NCBI GenBank assembly: GCA_905331295.1 | Contig: CAJNYD010000106.1 | Coordinates: forward strand, 62,001 to 126,000 | Length of the DNA stretch: 64,000 bases | Source: Rotaria socialis | Lineage: Eukaryota | Direction of reading: 5' to 3' | Made by a program: the position numbers and the translations under genes | Notes under the pieces: model-generated | Seen by the model: the letters and a program-made list of their open reading frames with translations, nothing else | What the model was told of the DNA's origin: nothing | Database searches by the model: none | Shown here: positions 53,934 through 64,000 of the stretch, piece after piece | Position numbering within the stretch: the first letter of the stretch is position 1 | How the letters are laid out: each line of letters begins with the position of its first letter

Positions 53934-56455
53934 TCAATGTCGCGTATAAATATATCCTCCAGCTTCCTCAGTCATAAAACATTTTGTTTTAGCGAGCAAA
54001 GTCATGATTGGATGTTTGACCGATAATGTATGACTAGCTGTTTCTTCTGCTCGTTCCAAATACTGTTTAGCTTGTTCCATATTCCCTAGATGTGTATGAA
54101 CAACTGCAAGATTATGTAGTGTACGAGCAATATCAGGATGATCACCTGGTAATGATGCTTCTTGTAATTTTAATGCAGATTCATATTCATTACAGGCTTT
54201 TATATATTCTCCAGCCGCTAGATAAACATTACCTAGGTTAACTCGTGGTAATGCATGATTAGGATGGCCTGGTGGAAGAGAACGATCGTAGATTTTTTTT
54301 GCTCTTGTAAATCTAGTTTCAGCTTGATCATACTAAATAAAACATGGAGAAAAGTGAACATTGAAATTTTGAAACATTTTCATCTTACGTTTTGCCGATC
54401 GCAATCAATTGCACCCAAATTAATCAATGTTCCAGCGACATCAACATGTTTTTTTGGAATACTTATTTTATATAATTTCAGAGCCTGTTGAAAACATTCT
54501 TCGGCTTTCAATTGTCGTCCTTGTTCCGTATAAACAACTCCAAGACCATTTAAAGTTTTTCCAGCACTAGCTAAACGTTTTGGCCGAGCATTCAAATGTA
54601 AATTCTTTGCACGATTATAACTATTTATGGCACGAACAAAATCACCTTTTAATCTATGTGTACGACCAAAATTAAAAAAGATACAAGCAATTTCTTCATC
54701 GTTTGGATTCGAAGAACTGAGAATAGTATCAAAATATCTTTCGGCTTTAGAATATTCGCCCATTTCAAGAAGTAAATTACCAAACATAAGAACTATATTT
54801 GATTCCGTCATCTTTTTCTTTTGATATTCCATGTAATCAGCGGCTAAAGCAGCACCTTGATCAGTCGCGTGTACTTTGACAAGCCATAAGTCAGCGTTTG
54901 CATCGAATTCGCAAGAATCAATTTGGAATGATGCTCCTATAAAAGCAAAAATAATATGGTTAATAGAATAATGAAAGAATTCCAATAGATTTAATATAAA
55001 TCATATTCAAAAACATTAGTACAGCTATTTTCATACTCGCACACACCTGGCGTTTTTTCTCTTAGCATCAACTATTTGCCATCCTCAAATTATAGTTAAC
55101 AAGCGCGGTAGATATACAAATAAGTCTAAATCTTTTTCGTCAAATTTATCGATGTAAAAGAAAGCAACGCTCTCACCGATATCAACTAAAACTTCAGCTT
55201 CTTCTGGAAACGCTGAATATTGTCGAATGTCAGCAATGACAATTTTTTGTACCGTATTTAAATCAACAGCATATTCGAATAAAGCTCGTACAACACCCTC
55301 TCGTTTAGCCGATTTAGTCGCAAAGCCATATGCAACCGAATGTTCACTACTTGTTGATAAATAACCGTTTGTTGAAATCAAATTTCCGATACTGTTTTGA
55401 AAATTTGCTACTTCATCGTGACTCAGTTTTAGACCTCGATAAAGTTTCAAAACATCTTTTTGTCTTGCTTTAAGTTCTTGAAATTTCAATTCAAGTTGTT
55501 CACTTAAATCCATAATGTAAAAACGAAATTGATATAAGACATCAACATCTTCTGTACGAAGTGCTTTGTTAATAAATCTAAAAATAAAATGTTTATTATT
55601 TTCTTTTACTTTTCGTAGAAATTTACTTATAAACAAATGTTTCTTTGGTATACCATGGGATAGCATCAACCGATTTATATGTTTTATCGAAGTCATCAAT
55701 ATTTTTTAATTCAGTTAAATTTCCACGATAATAATTTCGACATGTTGTGACCATAGTCTTTTTTGCTTCACCTGTTTTTGGCATATTTTTTAATACATTT
55801 TTAAACAATTGAAAAAATAAAAACGAGCCGGCTTCTTTGGAAAGATCCCGAGTTGCTTTTTCCTTCTTATTATACATACTAAAAGCGGCTGTTTGTTTAT
55901 CCAATTCTTCGCGAGATTTTCTTAAACTATCAATGAGCATTTCTTCTGTTTCACATAAATTAACAAGAAAACCATGTGTTACTTTTGCTATATTAGTTAT
56001 TGCATCATTTTGAGGAGTATAGAAAAATACGGAATCAATTTGTTTTAACGGCTCAATGCCTTCCATTAGAGTTGTCGGTGGTACACCATCGATTACAACA
56101 AAAACTTTCGTTGTTACTGGCTTTATAAATTCTATACATTCGCTCTCCACTGTAAAAATCTATAATTATTATTTATTTATTTAGAAATTTTTTAAATATA
56201 GATGAAAGAACTTACGTCGACATTTTTGCTAGCCGAGTGGAGTATTTCGATGAGAGGTTCTAATGGTGTTTCACAAGCAAAATAAACCATTTTAGTTCCA
56301 TCATTAACATGTGCTTCTTCATCATTTCGGCCCATGCATGTGTTTTCGTCTTCTTCGCCGTCACGTCCATCGCCGTTTTCGTCAAAATCATCTCCGCGAT
56401 TGTTTGGTTCATAACCTTTCTTGCCACGTCTTTTAAGCCACTTAGAAATAGGCAT
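53934..56455 (-). CDS. Mono-ADP-ribosyltransferase (R-S-E clade) domain plus six TPR repeats, about 706 aa
   Basis: Exons 56455-56216, 56159-55627, 55577-55177, 54936-54389 and 54332-53934 are phase-consistent (2,121 nt). ART motifs are LYRG, YLSTS and FPEEAEVL. The 42-aa kinesin-light-chain-type TPRs include HPDIARTLHNLAVVH. Confidence 0.9.
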
Positions 56456-57334
56456 ATTGTCGCAGTATATTCAACAAAAATTTATCTTGCTATTTAACTT
56501 CTATCTATAGTTCAAAACCAATTGCTGGCGCAAACAAACTGACATCACGTGATACGCTTCATTGATCATCACAATAATCGAAGAAAAATATATTTTTTTT
56601 AATGTTACACATGTTTGTCATAAATTTATTTTTCTATGTTAATAGACCAATAACATGTGCAATAGAAAGCAGAAGTAATTACGCCTTTCGAAAAAAAAAA
56701 ACTAAAATCAATGTGAGTACTTTTAAGCGACTCAATATAACATTCAGCACAAAAAAAACCTTCAAAACTAAATAAGAAACAATGTACTTTACCTAAGTTT
56801 TTTTTTTCTTTGATACTATTATATTGCTAATTAGTTCACATAAGAAAGACTAACTTAGTTAATGAGTAGATGATTAATGCATGAATTACAACGAGCCAAT
56901 GAAAAATGAGATATTCATATCGCCCTTGTATATTTTTAACGTTCTTTTAGTTTCTTTCATTGCAATTATGCAATATTGACGAATAAAATAATTTCTAGAA
57001 TCTCATAGATAACTATAGTTTCTTAGATATTGTACTACTTTGATTTTTATATTTATCAATCTCGATGAAAGTGTCTATTCTTCGCATAAAAATAATTTAT
57101 TTTCATTAAAAATATACATAATGATGAACAAAGTGGCTCCCATCGATTCATCCACTTTTTCATCGCTGCATTGATCAGATCAATTTTTATTGCTGCAGCG
57201 CATAATCTATTATGTTGTGTCTAAAACAAAAATATCGCTTCGTGTGTATTCGATTTTTTTCTTTTACCATACCTCATATATTTTTGTCGAGCATAAATAG
57301 AGACAGGATTTCATTCAAAATAATATATCTCACG

Positions 57335-57350
57335 AACGTCACGTGACGTT
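57335..57350. promoter_or_regulatory. Perfect 16-bp palindrome containing an extended E-box (GTCACGTGAC)
   Basis: AACGTCACGTGACGTT lies in the divergent intergenic region between the ART-TPR gene and CFAP69. Confidence 0.4.
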
Positions 57351-58216
57351 TAGACATTGAATGAAAATAAAAGTCGACATTAACCTGAGCACTATTGCTC
57401 AAAGTATATAGCTTCGTCACACCTAAAAGCGTAGAGTGGCTTGGATGGGAGCTTCATTGACTGAAATATCAACATGCAGTTGATATTTACTTATTAGTTT
57501 TTTTCAAGAAGTGAAGTTTCATTCACGAGAATTCAGACCGATTGCGTTTTGCAAAAGTCATGTAGTCGACTGAGATAGTTGTTGATATGAAATCCAAGCA
57601 AATGTACTGAGCTCAAGATATCAGGATCATAAATGAGTTGCCAGACAGATGCATTTTTGAATATACTCTAACTCAATTTGTAACAGAATCTTGATTAAAT
57701 AATGTTTTAAGAAATAACTTGATACATCATTTCATACGAAAATTTCTTCGCAGTTTCTCAAGTATCCAATGAAAATTTTACCGAAAAGTTAATCTATGGT
57801 ACAACAACAACAAGTTTGATATAGACTTGAAAATATTAATTCCTTCTAGCTTTGTCCGAAGGCACCTATAAATCATATAGTAAAATATACGGGGAATCTT
57901 TTATACGAAGTCTTATAAAGTGATTGAATATGACTAAAAATGCTGAATATTCCTGGTAAAATATTCCAGAGTCCTTTCAAAAGTTTAGCTGACTTCATAT
58001 AATCAAAAGATACTCAATTATCTTTGGTTACATATCGAAAATTCTAAAATATCAAGATCGTCCTTGACCAAAATACAGGCAAATTTTTCGTGTGTAGTGA
58101 CATCTATCGGTTTGTTTGGAATGTTTCGATGATCAAATGAAGCTAGGCATCGAGTTCAAAAGACTAATTACGAAAAAATCTACTCAGTTTATGCCTTGAC
58201 TTCCTTTCGAAATATA

Positions 58217-58229
58217 GTTGCTAAGTAAC
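58217..58229 (+). promoter_or_regulatory. RFX X-box in the CFAP69 promoter
   Basis: GTTGCTAAGTAAC fits GTNRCY-N(0-3)-RGYAAC and lies 20 nt upstream of the ATG at 58250 of a ciliary gene. Confidence 0.7.
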
Positions 58230-58249
58230 TGAACCCTCCGGAAAGCGAA

Positions 58250-61200
58250 ATGGTAGGAACCGGGAGAATCTTACAAGTGAGTACTGTAAATTTTTACTTG
58301 CACTTTTATTTGAAAATGTCTTTATTAGCGGTACAACAACAATCGATCGTTAAGAGTATTATCCTTCCGAAAATAACACAAAATCGTTTACCAATCGTTC
58401 ACATTTTAACTTCCCGAACAGATAATGATGATGAACGAGTACGATTATCATGTAAATTCGTTCAGTTCTTAACTTTGATATCTTTAGAAAGTTGAACCAT
58501 TTCAATTCGAAAAGATAATCAAATTCCTTCAAGATCCTCTTTCAGTAAGATTTCATGCCTTAAAAAGCAAAAAATCTGCAAATCTTTCGTCTTCAGTCAC
58601 ATCTAATTGATCGGCGTGTACGTCTTTGTAGCAAAATATGTCAACATCACAAAAACGGATATGTAAGAAATATCTTTTTTTTTCAAGTTTTTTTTTATAA
58701 AAAAAATGACAAAATATTTTTAGATTTTAAAAGATTTGCATTATCTTATGAAGATCTTCAATATACTTGTAGATCTTTGTCAACAACAACCATTATTTAT
58801 CGATCCTTTTATAGAAATTTTGAAGAATTGTTCAAAAGCATTTCTTTTGGATAAATCGACAGATGCAGAGATTTATTCATCTGCACTCGTATCGTTTTAT
58901 TCAGATTTTGGTAAGAATTCAATTCTTTTTCTTTTTTTTTTTGAAATATCATATGCCGAAAGAGAATATTTTCTCAAAGGATATCTTCTTCGTATACCGA
59001 ATAAACGTATTCAACAATGTATTCTTGAAACGCTTTACAAATCAATTCAAACAACAAATAAATCACCAAGAATTGACGATGACTACGACGGTCTGAGACC
59101 AGCAGCACGCATTTATTTACTTCGCACTCAATGTAGTAGTGATCTTTGTGAGACACTTGTTAAAGTAGAACCTAGAATTTTCATCCTACACTGTCCACAT
59201 TTGATTACTTTTTCACAGGCACTTTCTATGGTACAAAATGACTTATCACTTCGTATTCAAATAATAAAATTATTACAAATTTATTCATCTAAATCATGTA
59301 TGTCCAATGATGTTTTGCTGAATTTCATGCATATAACCTAAACTATCTATTCTAGTCAATTGTGTGGTAAGAATGTTGACGCACGATTGTGTAAATCGTT
59401 TAATAACGAAAATGAACGACCCTGATCCATCAGGAGAGTAAGAGATTTCAATTATTTCTTTGATATACTCATTACAAATTTAAGATTTTGAGTAAAAAGA
59501 AAGCGAAAATGTAGGCAGTTAAATTTCATAAGTGCATAGTAGATGTTCAAAATTAGGTAAATTTGAAGACTAAAACATCCTTTTGAAGGTGATGCCCGTG
59601 GAGAAGAAGGTTAAATGTAATGATTTCCAATGCCAAAAAGCTTGAAACGAAACCTCGAACATCGTTTAATAGCCATATATCCTTGTAACCATTAAAATAT
59701 GAATTGAAGAGAACGTTTTACGATAAACGATTGAAGCACTACTGCAATACATAGATTCAGCTCCGAAAGAGCAAATAAAAAGTAATAACACTATGTAAAA
59801 TTTATTTCTAAAGGTATTTTAAGTAAACAATCGAATACTGCAGACTTTACTGAGTCGAATACAAATATAAAACCGATAACAAACAAAAATTTATAATTTG
59901 CCCTCGGCTCACTTGAATCGTATAGTGATGTATAAAGTTCAAACAGGAATATATGAATAATAGTCTTACATCATGAAATTGGTTGTCGTTTGTTCAAGTG
60001 AAGCCATGAAAAGTCAAAATTTCTGAATGATCGATGAACTCTCTACTAATTCTTCGTATTATAACTTATTTTAAATCATAGATGCTGAAATTAGTAGTGC
60101 AAATAAAAGCAAAAAACATCAGCAAGGATATTTTAGACTCTTTTTCTCCTCAACAATAATAAGTAGTTGAAAACAGCAATGAAGCTGAATAAGTTTTCAA
60201 TCAAGAGAAGTACTTGTCAACATTCATGAAAGCTATGATTGCAATGTGTTTGAATATCGTGATCCTCTACAGTCAGATCTTCTGATTCTAGTAGAACACC
60301 TTCATTCAATAGAGAAAAAAGAATGTTCTGAAAAATCACCCTATCGTATAATTTTCCTTTGTGCAGTCGTTTTTAATCAATTTTTTCTTATATTAAGGCT
60401 ATTATTTCGTACTATTGAATTATTATGGAATCTAATTGAAAATGGTGACGATGAACAAGTTGCTGACCAATTGAATTCACGTGTTACTATGGGGTTGATT
60501 ATAAAACAAATTTGAACTCACTGAAATATTATCGCCTTTTTGTTTTAGTCTTCTAAAAGAAGCATTTCTTGGTCAAGTTACACAAAGTCACAGTCAATAT
60601 CATCGCCAATTAAGGTTCAATTATAGATTTAATAAAATAGTCTCGTACAGAAATATATTTTTAGAAATGATATTCTTGTTGTTTTATCACTTATTATGAA
60701 TGCTAATCCAAATGCTCCAGGTATTTCAAAAACATCTTTCTGCATATCTTCGATAACATTTTTTTTTCTTCTAGTCGTTGAAACCGGTTTTGCAAAGCAA
60801 TTGTTTTTACTTGCCTCTTGTCCTGAATGTAAATTTAGAAGAAAAACTTAATTTCCAATTGAAAACTAATTATTTCTGTTGCTATTTAGTACGTAGTAAT
60901 AGTCCGCTAGTAAAAAATTTCAAATTAACAACGAGTCAAGAAGATTTCGAATTTAAAAAATTACTTATTAACACAGTTGTAATACTTAATCGAAATCCAA
61001 TGATGGGCGAAGTGAGTTTTGTTGATTTGTTTTTAAAGATTTGATTTAATTTTCTTTTTAAAGTTAATGAGCAGTAGTCGAGTTTTATTGGCACTGTTGT
61101 CTTATATTGAACCTTTACCAAGAAAAACAGATCACCAAATAAATACATTTCATTGGAACGAATCACAATATGAAGACCTACAATTGCATGCACTTGCAGC

Positions 61201-63401
61201 TCTTTCAATTCTCTTGCCACATTCATTAAGTGAATATTTTGAGTATGGTGTTAGTACAAGACTTTTATTATTTTATGAATGGACAATCAGTCAAGGTCAG
61301 CATAGAATTTTTTTTATTTTGAAAGAATTCTTTGTTTTCTTGTTGTGCTTTATATTAAGATGAATATAAAAGTGAAGGAAATAGCTTTTTTGCTAAAGGT
61401 GGTCGAAACACTAAACGATCGCAATTAAGATATACAGTACGATTGTTTCGTAGTCTTGTGTCAACAAAAGATGAACGTATTTATCTAGACTTATGTGATC
61501 AAGGAATTATTCCATCGCTTACAGGTTTGATTAAAAATGCTTATTTTTCTATTATGATATTGTTGTTTTATTTTGATTTATATAGGATACTTGAGAGTTA
61601 TGACTCAAGAGAAATCATCGCATATAGATTATGTTGATTTAGATATTATTTGTGATGGATTGTTTATTCTAAGTTGCATGGGTGAATTAGATGTTCATAG
61701 AAAAGTAAGAGAGTGTTTGTTTTTCCAATGTATTGTTAAGCTTTTTCAAAACAATCTCTTTTTACCTTAAGGAAATTTTCGGCTCTGAAGGTATTGAAAT
61801 GTTAATTCAAATACTTTCAACGAAATCTTCGTGTGTTTGTGGTGGTCTTGGTTATCATCGTTTGCTTGTCGCAACTATTGATTGTGTATGGTGTTGTATT
61901 GTCGGCAGTATTCTCAATGAAGATGAATTTATTCAAAAACAAGGCATTTTTTCTCTACTCGATTTAATCGAAGTATAAATTGGAAAGAAAATTCTTTATT
62001 CTTATCACACTGAGTAATTTCGTTTTGTTTAAAATAGATGAATCCGAAATCTTTACAAAACATCGTTCTTGGATGTTTACTAGATTTAACAGAGAATGCA
62101 AAATGTCTTCATTTTATGATGGCATGGAAAGGACATAAACAAGATTATTTTCCACATGTTCTTTGTGAATTATGGCGAGACGAAGAACATGAAACCTATG
62201 TAAAAACTGAAATTTTTATTAATAATTTATTTCTAAATTATTTTTCACAAGGTTGCTCGGACAGAGAGAGGCGTTATTGGTGATCATCGAAAACCTTTAA
62301 TGGGGTTTCTTCAACAATCAGTACCATTAACTCCGCTTAAGCATTTGGAACCATCCCGAGCAATATTAGATCTAATTGATAATATGCGTTCGAAGATCTA
62401 TGGATTTTTTTGTAAAATAGGTTTCGGTGACTTGCCGGGTTTACAAGAAGAAGATTATATTACACTGTGTATTATTGAAAATTTTCTTGATTTTAAAATG
62501 GGTGAAATATGGCAAGAAATTATTACTGAACTTGAGATGGAAGGTGTAAAATTAATCGCATCAGATAATGAAGCGACGGATACAATCTTACGAGCGTCAG
62601 AAGAACGTGCCTTAGGTATGCAGAACGCTAAAATGCAAACATTATTCTTTATATTTAATTTTAGCTGTAACTGCAACACAAAATTATATCTTACAACAAT
62701 ATCATAAACATGATTTAGAATTCGAAAAAACATTTTACAATGAAGTAAAAACATAATGAAATGAAAATATTAAAAATTTTTTTTCTCCCTTTTAGTTAAT
62801 AAGAAACCATATATTTCACGAAAAACAACTCGATCGATGGAAATCTTTTATTGCAAGGACATCAAAATATCCATTATTGATGGTAAGTTAGGATGAATCA
62901 ATTTTTCTACCGCCCGAAAAATTGCATTTCTTTTGTTTGGAATTGGAATCAAATCAAAAGTTACTTATTTCGAAACGATTCTCAATCAACTTTTCAACCG
63001 CCACTTTAAGTGAATGAAAAGTAGACTCTTTAGACTTCGCCGAAGGGTATTATGAGGGCTCGTCAACAAATCTCTTGAGAACTGTTTGAAAACAAACTTC
63101 ATTTCTAATTCATTCAAAAAGAAATAGGTTTCTTATGTATGAAATTTGTTTTTTTTGTTTGTTATTAGATTGCAAAAGATTCTCAAAATCAAGCTATTCG
63201 GCAATCTCGACCTGAAGAAAAAGATTATTCAGGCTATCATACGGTTCATAATTTTGAAATTCCAAATCTATCTATAACGGTATGTAAAATGGTGTCGTCT
63301 TTTATTTTGATTTTATATTATAATTGATTACATTTTAGACGTTTTCTGGACAATTTTTAAAAATTGAAAGTACACCACTTGAAATATTAATCAGACATTG
63401 A
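58250..63401 (+). CDS. CFAP69: Cilia- and flagella-associated protein 69 (ARM-repeat), about 23 exons
   Basis: Motifs: LLFRTIELLWNLIE, QYHRQLRNDIL, NFKLTTSQEDFEFKKLL, QYEDLQLHALAAL, GGLGYHRLLVATIDCVWCCIVG...EDEFIQKQGIFSLLDL and IIENFLDFKMGEIWQEI. The last exon, 63339-63401, ends ...EILIRH-TGA. The exact N-terminal splicing is uncertain (alternative ATG at 58316). Confidence 0.88.
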
Positions 63402-63607
63402 TAATCGATACGAGCGACAGAAGATCTACAAAAGTTTTTGTTGTATTTCAGAACTTTTTTTTAATATTATAGATATTTTTTTAATAATTAATTCTTTAAT
63501 TCTTTAAATTATTTTATAAGCTGAAGTAATCATTGGTACTTTTTATGCTATATATAGATGTACGAAATAAAATAATATTAACGCCGAAGATATATCTTCT
63601 GTTTTAA

Positions 63608-64000
63608 TTATTTATTATTTTGAAGTTTTGGTTTCATTGTAAGAACAGTCACGGTTTGTTGTGGCGAAAAAAGATAAGATTTCAACAGTCGATTTATTGA
63701 ATAATCATTCAAGAGATATCGTCTTGCTCTATTACGACTGAATAATTGACCATTACTTAATTGTCTAATTAGATTCAATACGGAATATGTAGTTGAATTT
63801 AAATTAGTTAATAAACCTTTTGATCTTATTGAACAGATAGGTGCCAATTGAAGAAAAAGAAATGAACCAGATAGCGATGATTGTTTGCTATAAAAATTAA
63901 TGATTAATATTTGATGTGCAAATGACATGTTTTTACTAAGATGATTCAAAGCTTTGCCGATATCATTAGAAGTTCGTAATGGTATTTCACATGCAGGTAG
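63608..64000 (-). CDS. 3' end of an unidentified protein-coding gene, convergent with CFAP69
   Basis: The frame is open from the window edge (LPACEIPLRTSNDIGKALNHLSKNMSFAHQILIINFYS...) to TAA at 63608: 130 codons without a stop in AT-rich DNA. No motif was recognised. Confidence 0.55.
   Translation of the reverse strand, partial: LPACEIPLRTSNDIGKALNHLSKNMSFAHQILIINFYSKQSSLSGSFLFLQLAPICSIRSKGLLTNLNSTTYSVLNLIRQLSNGQLFSRNRARRYLLNDYSINRLLKSYLFSPQQTVTVLTMKPKLQNNK

Noticed and set aside
59438..60397. Unusually long CFAP69 intron as a possible transposon insertion
   Set aside because: No terminal repeats, TSD or transposase-like frame could be found by eye.

Overview
Eukaryotic, AT-rich genomic DNA with many short GT-AG introns (about 50-60 nt). 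The intron style and an ADP-ribosyltransferase-TPR gene suggest a bdelloid rotifer (inference). Gene order: 5' end of a cationic amino-acid transporter (-); a giant gene at 3545-37048 (+); HSPA12 (+); a small UBA-like-domain gene (+); an intronless SDR oxidoreductase (-); an ART-TPR gene (-); CFAP69 (+); and the 3' end of an unknown gene (-). The main discovery is that ten of the listed ORFs between 3545 and 37048, plus one small exon not in the ORF track, can be spliced by hand into one reading frame of 11 coding exons (29,388 nt, 9,795 aa), with all ten junctions phase-compatible. The predicted protein is acidic and mostly disordered. It begins with a divergent NAC-beta (BTF3)-like ribosome-binding domain and carries a PAM2 motif. 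It also has about 21 amphipathic helices spaced mostly 100 or 115 aa apart, several other repeat families, and LIR-like and FFAT-like short motifs. Two MITE-like inverted-repeat elements and an RFX X-box upstream of CFAP69 are also visible. No database searches were run; family calls come from motif recognition.
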